From positions 1-40,986 of the forward strand of contig JBEKKX010000021.1 of NCBI GenBank assembly GCA_050010515.1: 40,986 nucleotides of DNA, read 5' to 3'. Below, piece by piece: positions 1-10,006 of the stretch (positions are counted from its first letter, which is position 1; each line of letters opens with the position of its first letter). This stretch comes from Candidatus Bathyarchaeia archaeon. GTDB lineage: Archaea > Thermoproteota > Bathyarchaeia > Bathyarchaeales > Bathycorpusculaceae. The notes under the pieces are model-generated. The model worked only from the letters and a program-made list of their open reading frames with translations. It was not told where the DNA came from and ran no database searches. A program made the position numbers and the translations under genes.

Positions 1-415
1 CAGTTTAGACAGAATGGCGCATGAGAATTCGGGTTTCTCCATCCTTCACCCTAAATATTCAAGCTCAAACAAACTTAAACAGCAACATGTCAACTTTCAT
101 AATTTTGCAACAAGCTGGCGCGGCAAATTGTCAAAGAGGATATCGAAATAAGAAAAGAATCTGCTCAATTTCCGGAATCTCCAGAGGAGATGCACAGAGA
201 AGAAAAGGAAATAGAAGAGAAAATAGAGAAAGAAGAAAACCCCGACTAGAGGCGGTATCCTCTATAGTGCACGACCAGAATGACAAAAATTTCAATCGCT
301 TCTGATATCGCACTTTGAACAAGAATATGATCGAACAATCGTTCTTGAAGAAGTTGCTTTGACATTTGCAGGCTGAAGTGTAACAAAAGAAATTAAGAAT
401 ACGTAAAAAAGATGA

Positions 416-1660
416 TTATGATAGGTTTCCAATGGTTACCGAAACTGTTTGTGTTTGCCCGTTCCGTACCACCGTGAAATTAGCTGTTTGGCCAGGCAGC
501 GTGTTTTGCTCCAGATAAGACAGCAGATCGTCAGTGTTAGTTATTCTTACTCCGTTGACAGCTATTATTATGTCGCCGCCGATGGTTACGGTTGAGCCTA
601 AAATTGACACTTGAGTTGTGCCGCCTTTAAGGCCGTTCTGTGTTGAAACGCTTTCAACGAGCGATCCGTAAGTAACGCTGGTTCCCATGGCTTGAGCAAT
701 CTGATAGTTCATATCCGTTAGTGTGGCGTCAATGGATGGATGCTGATTGTATGAACCTGTTGTAACCAGTGAGCTAAGTTCACGTATTATTGTATCTGAT
801 GGAATTGCAAAGACTAAACCCTGAGAGCTGCTTACAACCGCTGTGGTTATGCCGACGACTTCGCCTGAGTAATCGAGAAGTGGACCACCAGAATTACCCG
901 GGTTAATAGCAGTGCTCGTCTGAATTATATCAGGAATTGTTGGACCCGTACTTCCACTTGAACTCGATTCAGTGATTGTTCTTCCCAATGCGCTGATTAC
1001 GCCCGTGGTTAACGTTCCTGATAACCCGTAAGGTGCACCAACTGCTACTACTGGTTCGCCTACCTGCAAAGTGCTGGAGCTAACAAGCGTTAAAGGAGTT
1101 AAACCGCTAGGCATCGGAGTTATACTGAGGGCTGCAAGGTCAGCTAGTGGGTCTGAACCTAACACTTTCGCGGGGTAGCTGTCTCCATCTGCAAAAGTTA
1201 CGGTTTCATTGATTGCATCCTGTACTACATGGTTGTTGGTGACGATTACCAATTGATTGTCCACCGAAGCTATGAACCCTGAACCCTGCTGTTCATCGTA
1301 ACCAGTACCAAAGAAAGTGGTTACGGGCACGAGATCTTGGATTACAACTACTGATGATTTAACTTGCGAATACAGAGTTGAAAGCGAAACATTAGAGCCT
1401 ATCACGTATGTGGCGTTTGGATATGAGACATAGGTGGCATTTTGAGAATAACCTTGCAGTTGAGCTTGTATGCTATTGAGTTTCCCGTTGAAATCTGAAT
1501 AAGTTACTGCGTAGCCGATTAAACCTCCTGCAACCAAACCGACAACCAGAAGAAACACTACAATAAAAACTGAAAAACGCCTAGTTTTTGGAGTTTTTTG
1601 AGGCTGCAGAAATGAAGGAATAGCTGGGCTATGTGGAGTTGGGCTAGGTGGAGTTTCCAT
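416..1660 (-). CDS. htrA: Membrane-anchored HtrA/DegP-like trypsin serine protease with PDZ domain
   Basis: N-terminal TM helix; TNNHVV (His), DLAAL (Asp), INPGNSGGPL (Ser); C-terminal GDIIIAVNG PDZ motif. Confidence 0.93.
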   Translation of the reverse strand: METPPSPTPHSPAIPSFLQPQKTPKTRRFSVFIVVFLLVVGLVAGGLIGYAVTYSDFNGKLNSIQAQLQGYSQNATYVSYPNATYVIGSNVSLSTLYSQVKSSVVVIQDLVPVTTFFGTGYDEQQGSGFIASVDNQLVIVTNNHVVQDAINETVTFADGDSYPAKVLGSDPLADLAALSITPMPSGLTPLTLVSSSTLQVGEPVVAVGAPYGLSGTLTTGVISALGRTITESSSSGSTGPTIPDIIQTSTAINPGNSGGPLLDYSGEVVGITTAVVSSSQGLVFAIPSDTIIRELSSLVTTGSYNQHPSIDATLTDMNYQIAQAMGTSVTYGSLVESVSTQNGLKGGTTQVSILGSTVTIGGDIIIAVNGVRITNTDDLLSYLEQNTLPGQTANFTVVRNGQTQTVSVTIGNLS

Positions 1661-1723
1661 AAAAAATCCTCGAAAATTTAAAAAAAGTTTTCTTGTGAAG
1701 GTTTGTTGTTTTGTATTTTACGT

Positions 1724-2548
1724 TCAGAAGAGGTCATCGCTTGCATAAATTGGTTTGTTGCATGTGGGACATTTATCGTCATTGGGTTGAATATGGCTTC
1801 CGCAATGTGGGCATGTCTGGTTCTTTTTATTTGAATGGAGACCTTTCATCTCTTTAACTATTTTTCCGTCTTTGAGAAGGAGCATTCGTTCTGTATTGCG
1901 TGCAGCTTGACTGTCATGCGTAACCATGATTATTGTCGTGCCTTGCGTGAGGTTGAGGTTTGCAAGCAACTTGATGATTCCTTGCTTATTCTGGCTATCC
2001 AAGTTTCCTGTAGGCTCATCAGCAAGAATTATAGCTGGGTTATTTGCTAACGCACGTGCAATTGCTACTCTTTGCTGCTCTCCAGCGCTGAGGCGTTGTG
2101 GCCTATGTTCTTCTCTTCCTGAAAGGCCAACCATTGCTAAGAGTTCGCTTGCTCGTTTCTTTTGTTCGCTTTTTGATTTGCCTCGTCCTTCCATGGGTAA
2201 CTCGACGTTTTCTCTAGCGTTTAAGTATGGCAACAGATTGAAGGTTTGAAATACAAAGCCCATCTTGTCTCTTCTAATCTTATATAGCTGATTTTCCGGG
2301 AGCGCTGAAGCATCAATGCCATCCAGTAGAACTTTACCTTTGGTTGGCTTATCAATGCAGCCAATAACATTTAACAGCGTAGTTTTGCCAGAGCCTGATG
2401 GACCCATGATGGCCACAAACTCGCCAGCGTTTACTGTAAGATTCAGATTTGATAAGGCTGGAACGTCGTGTTTGCCAAGTGTATATGTTTTGCTTAGGTT
2501 TTCTAATTGTAGTACTGGTTTACCTGATTGTAGTATTGTTTTACTCAT
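1724..2548 (-). CDS. ABC transporter ATP-binding protein (LolD/MacB type) with C-terminal zinc ribbon
   Basis: Walker A GPSGSGKT, signature LSAGEQQRV, Walker B ILADEPTGNLD, VTHD; tail CPHC...CPTC. Confidence 0.93.
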   Translation of the reverse strand: MSKTILQSGKPVLQLENLSKTYTLGKHDVPALSNLNLTVNAGEFVAIMGPSGSGKTTLLNVIGCIDKPTKGKVLLDGIDASALPENQLYKIRRDKMGFVFQTFNLLPYLNARENVELPMEGRGKSKSEQKKRASELLAMVGLSGREEHRPQRLSAGEQQRVAIARALANNPAIILADEPTGNLDSQNKQGIIKLLANLNLTQGTTIIMVTHDSQAARNTERMLLLKDGKIVKEMKGLHSNKKNQTCPHCGSHIQPNDDKCPTCNKPIYASDDLF

Positions 2549-4007
2549 ATCTCATTGCCTCTGCTGGTCTGATTTTTGCTGCTCTCCACGCAGGATATAG
2601 ACTTCCTAATGTTCCAAGCAGGATAGCTACACCGAAACCCAACAGTACAAGCTCAGGAGTCAACGTCGCTACTGCTAATCCACCGAATCTCGTAGTGCCC
2701 GAAATGACTGCGGCGCCTGCCGGTAACCTGGCGCCTACGCCAACGCTCGGAAGCAACTTTGATGCAAGCGTGGGTGCTGCTATGCTGCCTATTGCAATAC
2801 CAACTACGCCTGCAAGCATGCTTAAGAGGACGCCTTCAAGCATAAATTGGCCCATCACTGCAGAGTTGCTAAAGCCTATTGCTTTAAGTGTGCCAATCTC
2901 TTTGGTTCTCTCTTTGACAGTATAGAGCATGACAAATAACACTATCAAGCTTGTTGCTAACACCACCACAACAATTTCTTCAACTGCAGTTGAATTTGTT
3001 TGGCTGTCAGATGCATTCGCAGTCGCCAGTGCAGTAGCATAGCCCGATTCCTCGGTTGAAAGCGCGCTTTGAGCTGTAGTAACTGTAAGCTCTGGATGCA
3101 ATGAACTTATGGAGCTAGCTACCTGCGAAACAACGTCACTGTTTTGGGCAAAGACTGTGAGACTAGTTATGTATCCCGTATTGTTAGTTAATGCTTGAGC
3201 GTCGGATAGATTCATGTATAATGTTTGCGTGTCCGCAACTGATGATGGACTGTAGATACCTACCACCGTAAAGCTTTGGCCTAAAATGGTAACTGCGTCG
3301 CCTACTCCTGCTCCAAAGTACGCTGAGTTGTTTTCGCTGAGCAGGGCATCCCCGCTATCGCCTGCCTGTAAGTTACTTCCAGCAGTTATGTTTGTCGGCA
3401 GAATCGGATAGTTGTCTACGAGAGAAGAAGTCAACGGGACCCCTTCAATCTGGTACGTGACATCGAGAGTCGTGATGGTTCGCGTGTATCCGTTAAAATC
3501 CAGGTTTCTCGTTACGTTATTCCCTTCAGACGCTTTCAGTATAGGCTCAACAGCTGCAACTCCAGAGATACTAATAATATCAGTGTACAGGCTCTCGTTC
3601 ATAGGACTTGCTTGACCACCACCAAATGCACCGCCGCCAAAATAACCACCTACAGTGCCACCGCCGAATTGACCAGGCGTAAAGCCGCCGCTACTGCCAG
3701 ATGTACCACCGTGATACGTAAAACCACTACCGCCAGATGTGCCGCTTGGTGGGGTAAAACCGAAACCTGAATAACTTGACGCAAGACTACAATCTATTTG
3801 AGTATCTGTTTGGTTAATTGTTGCGCCAGTTTGGTTAATAATGTTGCTTAAGTTTGATGCAACCGTGTTTGCTGTCTTCTCATTAGCCAAAACACCTGCA
3901 GGAATTGAAATCATGATTGCCAAAGAAAAACCTAAAGCAATAATTACTAGTAACGCTCGAATTTTTCTTCTTGAAATATTTCTAACCGCTCTACTTACGA
4001 TTCCCAT
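2541..4007 (-). CDS. ABC transporter permease, MacB/FtsX family
   Basis: N-terminal TM, large extracellular domain, ERTKEIGTLKAIG motif, C-terminal YPAWRAAKIRPAEAMRYE; overlaps the ATPase start by 8 nt. Confidence 0.93.
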   Translation of the reverse strand: MGIVSRAVRNISRRKIRALLVIIALGFSLAIMISIPAGVLANEKTANTVASNLSNIINQTGATINQTDTQIDCSLASSYSGFGFTPPSGTSGGSGFTYHGGTSGSSGGFTPGQFGGGTVGGYFGGGAFGGGQASPMNESLYTDIISISGVAAVEPILKASEGNNVTRNLDFNGYTRTITTLDVTYQIEGVPLTSSLVDNYPILPTNITAGSNLQAGDSGDALLSENNSAYFGAGVGDAVTILGQSFTVVGIYSPSSVADTQTLYMNLSDAQALTNNTGYITSLTVFAQNSDVVSQVASSISSLHPELTVTTAQSALSTEESGYATALATANASDSQTNSTAVEEIVVVVLATSLIVLFVMLYTVKERTKEIGTLKAIGFSNSAVMGQFMLEGVLLSMLAGVVGIAIGSIAAPTLASKLLPSVGVGARLPAGAAVISGTTRFGGLAVATLTPELVLLGFGVAILLGTLGSLYPAWRAAKIRPAEAMRYE

Positions 4008-4026
4008 ATTTTACACCTTTCATATT

Positions 4027-4107
4027 TTATTTTAAAAAGGCAACCAAGAGAGAATCGAAGGGGAATTTTATTTGGGCAGTCATTGGGCTTATGACTTTGT
4101 TTTTCAT
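4027..4107 (-). CDS. Possible 26-aa leader peptide (MKNKVISPMTAQIKFPFDSLLVAFLK) upstream of the ABC operon
   Basis: Hand translation; lies in a structured leader and stops about 20 nt before the permease ATG. Confidence 0.3.
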   Translation of the reverse strand: MKNKVISPMTAQIKFPFDSLLVAFLK

Positions 4108-4153
4108 TTTCTATTCTCTTCTTGATTGCCTTTCTATGCATGTTGCTAAAGTG

Positions 4154-4186
4154 TTATTAAACAATTTTTCAAAATCTTACCCAAAT
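4154..4186 (-). promoter_or_regulatory. Conserved promoter module (upstream TTTGGGT element, BRE, TATA), copy A
   Basis: 27/33 identical to 4940-4972; contains TTTAATAA on the minus strand. Confidence 0.6.
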
Positions 4187-4316
4187 CCAACCATAATCCC
4201 CAAAGTAATCAGAAATTTTACTCTTTAAAATATGGATATGAATATAAAAAAAATGGAAAAATTAAAAGTTACGGTCTTTGTTGCTGTTGCTGATTCTAGG
4301 CTTCCAATGTATTTAG

Positions 4317-4907
4317 CTACGAGGTAGAAGGGTAAGTAACAGTCGTAGTTACGATCTTTGTTACTGTTGCTGAAGTGAGATCAACCACCACCAATGCTCT
4401 ACCATTTGTGCCTTGCAAAATTACATCTGCGGTTGTGGCTTGCATTACTACATTGCCGTTTCCGTTAATTACTGTGCTGATTACTGGTCTAATTGAAGTT
4501 ATGTTGTAGCCTTGGTTAAGCAGGTTTTGCACGTCTGGGTTATTTTGGAGTATATTAGTTACGTTCTGAGTAAAGGCAGAGCTTACTTGGATGGAACCTA
4601 ATCCTCCAAAAAACGTTCCGTTGGAAAAGTTTGCTCCACCAAATCCTCCGCAACCGCCGAATCCTCTGCCCATTCTTCCGGGTCCTCCAGGTCCTCCGAA
4701 TCCCATGTAGCCGTTGTTAAAGAAGCATCCATTGTTAGTCGCGTTTACAGATGAAGACGGCGACGCCACATCAGATGCAACTGCAGGAGTCGTATCGGCT
4801 TTAACTGTTGACATAGCAAATATCAGTGAAGCAGCAATTGTAGCTACAACTATGACTGAAATTAACGCTAAAACTTTGATTTTCCTATTCATGCTCTGGT
4901 TTTTCAC
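4317..4907 (-). CDS. Hypothetical secreted or membrane-anchored protein with Gly-rich segment
   Basis: Signal-peptide-like N-terminus, GFGG-rich linker; GGAGGTG RBS just inside the called start suggests a start near 4892. Confidence 0.75.
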   Translation of the reverse strand: MKNQSMNRKIKVLALISVIVVATIAASLIFAMSTVKADTTPAVASDVASPSSSVNATNNGCFFNNGYMGFGGPGGPGRMGRGFGGCGGFGGANFSNGTFFGGLGSIQVSSAFTQNVTNILQNNPDVQNLLNQGYNITSIRPVISTVINGNGNVVMQATTADVILQGTNGRALVVVDLTSATVTKIVTTTVTYPSTS

Positions 4908-4939
4908 CTCCTGTTATCAAAAAACCGATTGACAATAAA

Positions 4940-4972
4940 TTATTAAATGATTTTTCAAGATTAGACCCAAAT
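4940..4972 (-). promoter_or_regulatory. Conserved promoter module, copy B
   Basis: 27/33 identical to 4154-4186; directly upstream of 4317..4907. Confidence 0.6.
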
Positions 4973-5086
4973 TGACTCCTAATTTTACCTAAACCTTCAA
5001 TTTTAGTAATTTTCAAAAGAACACATTTATTACTTCAGCCAGATTAAGAGTGACAAAGAATCTCTTCAAGCACGGGAGCCTAACAG

Positions 5087-5389
5087 ATGTCTGCAAATAG
5101 CCGTTCGTTAAAATACTTGCTAGGATGGCTTATCGCTGGTACGCGAGGCGGACCAACCCGTGCCAAAATAATTGAGGCATTGAAAGAAACGCCGCAGAAC
5201 GCAAATCAACTAGCGACTATGCTGAAGATGGATTATAAAACAATGAGGCATCACCTTGAAGTTCTAGAAAAAAACAAAATAATCACCTCTATCGGAGATA
5301 GGTATGGCGCAACCTATTTTTTGACACAAACTATGGAAGAGAATTATGTAATGTTTGAGGAGATTATGAAGAAAATCGGGAAAAAGTAG
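5087..5389 (+). CDS. ArsR-like winged-helix transcriptional regulator (GTRGG type)
   Basis: WLIAGTRGGPTR...NANQLA...DYKTMRHHLEVL...YGATY wHTH pattern. Confidence 0.88.
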   Translation: MSANSRSLKYLLGWLIAGTRGGPTRAKIIEALKETPQNANQLATMLKMDYKTMRHHLEVLEKNKIITSIGDRYGATYFLTQTMEENYVMFEEIMKKIGKK

Positions 5390-5407
5390 AAAAAGGAGAA
5401 AGACAAG

Positions 5408-5857
5408 ATGGAGAAGCAAATGAATAAACGATTAAAATTTGGATTAATAATTGTGATATTGGTAGCAGTCGCTGTTTTTGCGGCTTTTTGGGCATTAGTA
5501 TTGCGTCAGCAGCAATTTCCCGGTTTTCAACAAAGCCGAGTTCCACCGCCGCGCGCTATTCCGGGCGACTTCCAGTATTTCTATGTTGCAAATACAATAA
5601 TCTCTACGATCAATATAGCGCTCTTAGTAATCTTAGCACTAATTTACTTTAATATCTATATCAAAACGCGTTCCCCATTCACAATCGGACTCGTAATTTT
5701 TGCTTTAGTCTTCCTAGTACAAAACGTGACATCAAGTCCCTTTATAACATCGCCATTCGGATTTAGAGCTTATGGACTTGGGCCATTCGCGTTTCTGCCA
5801 GGCCTGTTCGAGTTCTTTGCATTAACTATACTGCTGTACCTAAGCATCAAATACTAG
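5408..5857 (+). CDS. Hypothetical 4-TM membrane protein, probably co-transcribed with the regulator
   Basis: Four hydrophobic segments; starts 19 nt after the regulator stop. Confidence 0.8.
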   Translation: MEKQMNKRLKFGLIIVILVAVAVFAAFWALVLRQQQFPGFQQSRVPPPRAIPGDFQYFYVANTIISTINIALLVILALIYFNIYIKTRSPFTIGLVIFALVFLVQNVTSSPFITSPFGFRAYGLGPFAFLPGLFEFFALTILLYLSIKY

Positions 5858-6181
5858 GAAAACATTGCAGCCTAAAGATAATTTACCTATTTAACAAAGC
5901 GCAATTCGTTTAGGCATGCCTTTGGGTCAAATATGGAAAAAATTATTTTATGGAATACTAATAATGATTGAATTGCTGATTGTAAATCGAGAGGCTATTT
6001 CTACGCAAAAGCAATGAGGTACTACTAAGGTTTGGTTAAGCTTTGCTGCAAGCTAAAGCCAGCAAGACTAAACTTTAGAGCGCCTTTTCGAAAGGGATAA
6101 CAAGCGTTAAGTGTACGTAGGGCAAAAAATAAATCGTTAGTCAAACAAGTTTCCTCTGGTCCTTGCTCTTCGCTGTAAAAC

Positions 6182-7168
6182 ATGGAGAAGACAATAAGAC
6201 AAATGCTATCCAAAAAAAAGAAAATTATTTTAGTCATCCTTATAGCGGTGGCGTTGAATGTAATTACCTTTTGCTTTGCATATCCTGAAACGTTTAAACC
6301 AGAATCATCTACTCTTGCAAGAGATTTTTCAGCATACTATATTGGGGAATGGCGTTTATTCCATAATCCAACTAAAATCTATGCTGGAGGTGCCTATCCG
6401 GGAGATTATCAGATTCTTCCCCAACCTCAAACCTTCAAGTATATGCCTTCCTTCCTGATACTTTTTGCGCCATTTCTAGCCTTAAGCTACCAGAACGCTC
6501 TTACCGCTTTTGACATAGTACAACTTGCTTTAATTCCAGCCTTGGCTTTCTTTGTCTACAAGATTGTTAAAGACAAAAACCTAGTTCTTGGCGCTATAGC
6601 CGCTGTGATCGTTTTGATTGATCCCCTGCCTTCTCCCTCGATAAATTCTGCTGCGGTCAACTTACTCAATTACCGAGTATTCAGCTTAAATGCCCAGTCG
6701 TTCTCTCCAAGTTATTACTGCGGATATGTCTTAGCAAATGCCCACATACTCCAAACCGTCCTCCTTGTAGGCGCATTGTACTTAGGATTCTCCAAAAAAC
6801 CATGGCTCTCAGCATTATTGTTCGCGTTTGGTGCATTCGATCCGCGTGCTGCGCTTTTGGCGCTTCCACTGCTTCTATGGTACAACAGACAGAAAATATT
6901 TCAGTTCATTACAGCCACAGTTACGTTTGTTTTGGCAACCAATTTGCCCTTTTTCTTCTATTATGGTATAGGCTTTGCATTCTTGCATGCGGAAGTTAAC
7001 GGAAACACCGTTTCACAAATGTACCAGTACGATTGGATTCCGCTTTACGCAGTTGCCGCGTTAACAATAGTTGAAATTGTAACCGTCTTTCGCAGAAACC
7101 TAAAGAAGCACACTAATTTTCCCCAAACAATGAAAGACAGGCCATTAAGAGAAACGGAAAACCAATGA
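6182..7168 (+). CDS. Multi-TM glycosyltransferase, GT87/DUF2029-like (GT-C)
   Basis: DFSAYY after the first TM and FKYMPSFLILFAPF motif; polytopic. Confidence 0.7.
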   Translation: MEKTIRQMLSKKKKIILVILIAVALNVITFCFAYPETFKPESSTLARDFSAYYIGEWRLFHNPTKIYAGGAYPGDYQILPQPQTFKYMPSFLILFAPFLALSYQNALTAFDIVQLALIPALAFFVYKIVKDKNLVLGAIAAVIVLIDPLPSPSINSAAVNLLNYRVFSLNAQSFSPSYYCGYVLANAHILQTVLLVGALYLGFSKKPWLSALLFAFGAFDPRAALLALPLLLWYNRQKIFQFITATVTFVLATNLPFFFYYGIGFAFLHAEVNGNTVSQMYQYDWIPLYAVAALTIVEIVTVFRRNLKKHTNFPQTMKDRPLRETENQ

Positions 7169-7350
7169 GTCCCATGTATTAGCAGGTAACCTTCAAAGAA
7201 AGTTTGTAATGTGGCAAGGCTTGCATTTTTGCTTTGTAGCGAGAAACACAGGGAAACAATTGCAGTTCAATTCTGCTTCATGCTACTAAGGCGAAGTTTG
7301 CTTTATTGGTCTATGGCTACTCTTTTAACTTACGCATCATGTTTTTGATA

Positions 7351-8541
7351 TTATTCTTTTCGTATTACCTCAAAACTTCTTGGATCGCCTTCTAGTAGAC
7401 CTGCCAGCTGAGTAATAAAATTCAGCGTTACCGTTAGGTAGCTTGCTAAAGCACCTGCTAGGCCATGTTTCCAGCCCATGCATTTTCCTATGGCATAAGC
7501 TCTCATTCCGAACCAAATCGCAAACGAAATAAAAGTAAGGGGCAAGAGCACTGTCGGTATACTAAAGATGCCTAAATAATATAACGGCAATCCTAACATT
7601 GCGATGGAATATAGCCACACTCCTGAAAAGCCAATGAAACCCAACCTTAACCTATTAGGGAGAGGCAGCATTTTTTTGTTTATTATTCTGATTTCGCCCC
7701 AAACCCATCTGCGCCTTTGTTTTATTGCGTCAGTGAAAGTTAACGGCGGCATTATGTATATTTGTTTTTCAGAATTAAAAATTGTGAAACCCATTAATGA
7801 TGCTTTGTGGAAGTAAAAGGAATCTTCACTACTTATCAGCTTTTCTTTATTGTTATGAGTATATTCGCTTATGTCATAAGAAACCGCCCTGTCAACTTCA
7901 CTATTCATCCATGTTCCTTCCCCATGAGCCCACAGAGGTTTTCCAATGTTAGTGAAAAAGTTGCAGAAGATACCGCAGGCAACGCAACGTTCATAGTCAA
8001 GGATTGTGTTCCAACCGCCATTCGGTCGGGGAGTTATGGTTCCTATGGAAATGTCTGCATTAATGATTAAACTTTCTTTTATGAATTCGGAACTAGGCAG
8101 GGCGTCGTCGTCTCCTTGGACCAAAAGGTAGTTAGATTCCAACGTGCCGTCAGCCACCATTTTTTGTCTTACCTGGCGAGCGTATTCTAAAGCGCGGCCT
8201 TTGTACAAGTCTTCACAATTAAAATCGGCAGGAACGACAATAACATTGTCGCAGACATATTCAGTTTTGTGTGTGTCCCCATCTTCGATTACTACCCAAG
8301 TTTTCAAGGGGACAGTAAGTTTGTAGTTTTTCACCGCTTCAAAAATTTTGTTTACTGTCTGAACATTACCTATGGTGGGTATCTGAAAGATTATCTTACC
8401 AACTTTCTTTTGAGTTTGCTCGTCTTCCTTAGTTAGAGTTAACTTTCTTCTCCAGTTGAAGATTTTTCCGAACACTAAGATGGAAAAGTAGAGAAGAGGT
8501 GACAGCCAAATCGCCGAAATGACATAATTAAGTATTAACAT
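7351..8541 (-). CDS. Membrane GT2 glycosyltransferase (egghead/BRE-3-like)
   Basis: YKGRALEYA, DDD, HGEG, SED and KQRRRW motifs with flanking TMs. Confidence 0.8.
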   Translation of the reverse strand: MLILNYVISAIWLSPLLYFSILVFGKIFNWRRKLTLTKEDEQTQKKVGKIIFQIPTIGNVQTVNKIFEAVKNYKLTVPLKTWVVIEDGDTHKTEYVCDNVIVVPADFNCEDLYKGRALEYARQVRQKMVADGTLESNYLLVQGDDDALPSSEFIKESLIINADISIGTITPRPNGGWNTILDYERCVACGIFCNFFTNIGKPLWAHGEGTWMNSEVDRAVSYDISEYTHNNKEKLISSEDSFYFHKASLMGFTIFNSEKQIYIMPPLTFTDAIKQRRRWVWGEIRIINKKMLPLPNRLRLGFIGFSGVWLYSIAMLGLPLYYLGIFSIPTVLLPLTFISFAIWFGMRAYAIGKCMGWKHGLAGALASYLTVTLNFITQLAGLLEGDPRSFEVIRKE

Positions 8542-8758
8542 GCCTGTGCATCAATCCCTTAAAATTATGTTTTCCTAGAGCACACAACAATGGATTTAAG
8601 TCATCACTAAGAAGAGAGGCAATCAACTTATCCATGCATGTTGGAAGACATTTTTCCTCAAAGGAGTTAATGGTCTTGAAGGTTTCATACGTAAAAACCC
8701 TACCATCAGTATAAAGCCAAAACCCAGCCTTAAACTTAGCGTTCAAGCCCCATCTCAC
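8528..8758 (-). CDS. Small hypothetical protein
   Basis: ORF overlapping the GT2 start by 14 nt; no recognisable motif. Confidence 0.35.
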   Translation of the reverse strand: MRWGLNAKFKAGFWLYTDGRVFTYETFKTINSFEEKCLPTCMDKLIASLLSDDLNPLLCALGKHNFKGLMHRHVNT

Positions 8759-9017
8759 TTCTTATCAATGTTCCTTTGTGTAAACCTAATTCTTAAAAGC
8801 TTTGCTCTAAAATCTCTAGCCAATCTATCCCTTGGTAAAACCAACCAATTAAAAGCTAAACTAACCATGCAAGATTGGCTTAATCTAAAACGTTTGCGCT
8901 TTGCTTATGGATTTTAAAATGCTGAAATCACGATGCTTGCCTACGGGAAAAAATCAAACTATGAATCGGAATAGACAAATGTCCAAAAATATACAAAAAT
9001 ACTAAAAAACAAAAAGG

Positions 9018-9102
9018 CGCCGGGAATGGGATTTGAACCCATGCGGACCAGAAGGTCCACGGGCTCTCAAGGCCCGCGCATTAACCACTCTGCCATCCCG
9101 GC
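9018..9102 (-). tRNA. tRNA-Ser(TGA)
   Basis: Reverse complement gives GCCGGGA/TCCCGGC acceptor stem, anticodon arm CGGGC-CT TGA GA-GCCCG, long variable arm GGACC/GGTCC, GGTTCAAATCC. Confidence 0.96.
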
Positions 9103-9194
9103 TCTTTTTAGTGTAATGAGGATGGTTGTTTATTTCTGTTTTTCCTTAGTGAAAACTCAGTAAAGATAATAAAGCAGTAAACGTATGGGCGTTC

Positions 9195-9587
9195 ATGGCA
9201 AAAACTGCAGCTGTGTCTATGAGTCAGGAGTTGTTGGATTCAATTTTTGAGGGGGCAAAACGGCTTTATCCACGGGAGACGATTTTGTTTCTTAGAGGTA
9301 AAAAGGTTAAGGATGTTGTTCGTATTGTTGACCTTGTGGTGCCGCCGTTGGCTACTTATGGGCATGGGTTTGCTAATTATCAGCTTCATTTGTTGCCGAT
9401 GGATTTCTCTTTGGTAGGCACTGTTCATTCGCATCCGTCAGGTAACACAACGCCTTCGGACGTGGATTTTAACCATTTCTTTGGGCGAATCCTCATGATT
9501 GTAGGTTACCCTTATGCAAGTGAGCAGAATGTTAGTGTGTATAATTCTTGTGGGGAAAAATTGCCCATAGAGGTAACTAAGGAGTAA
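9195..9587 (+). CDS. JAB1/MPN/Mov34 (JAMM) metalloprotease
   Basis: N-terminal Glu (YPRE) and HSHPSGNTTPSDVD matching HxH-x7-S-x2-D. Confidence 0.9.
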   Translation: MAKTAAVSMSQELLDSIFEGAKRLYPRETILFLRGKKVKDVVRIVDLVVPPLATYGHGFANYQLHLLPMDFSLVGTVHSHPSGNTTPSDVDFNHFFGRILMIVGYPYASEQNVSVYNSCGEKLPIEVTKE

Positions 9588-9939
9588 CTGCTCCCCTAAG
9601 CGCGTATGCTTTGTAGGCTTCGATAAATTCTATGGCGAATTTGTCAGCGTTTTTCTCTGTGCCCCTGTGCATTTTATCGACCGCTTTACTGCGTAGGTGA
9701 TGATAAAACTCGTGCAGAATAACAAAGGGATTAACCACCACGTCGCTGTTTAGAACTGAAATGGTTTCGTTCTTAGAGGTGTAACAGCCGAACGCTTTAA
9801 TTTTGTGTCCCTTTGGTAAACCTACTTTTAGTTTGGGAACGTTCACCTTATAGTTTTTCGCCAGTAACACGAGTGCTTCTTCAGGTTTTCCATTGAGAAT
9901 AAGCCAGACTACCAGTGGTTTGAAGTTGTCCTGCGCCAT
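9577..9939 (-). CDS. Hypothetical zincin-like protein
   Basis: HEFYH (HExxH) followed by E..AD.FA. Confidence 0.7.
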   Translation of the reverse strand: MAQDNFKPLVVWLILNGKPEEALVLLAKNYKVNVPKLKVGLPKGHKIKAFGCYTSKNETISVLNSDVVVNPFVILHEFYHHLRSKAVDKMHRGTEKNADKFAIEFIEAYKAYALRGAVTP

Positions 9940-10006
9940 TGTTTTGTCAGCAATAAAGAGTTTCTGTGCTTAATTAACTACGCTAAAAAGAACGGAGTCT
10001 TAGATG

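Noticed and set aside
21-322. ORFs 21..305 (+) and 131..322 (-)
   Set aside because: Low-complexity purine tract with no motifs. A minus-strand gene may start at 42 and run off the window, but 14 codons are too few to call
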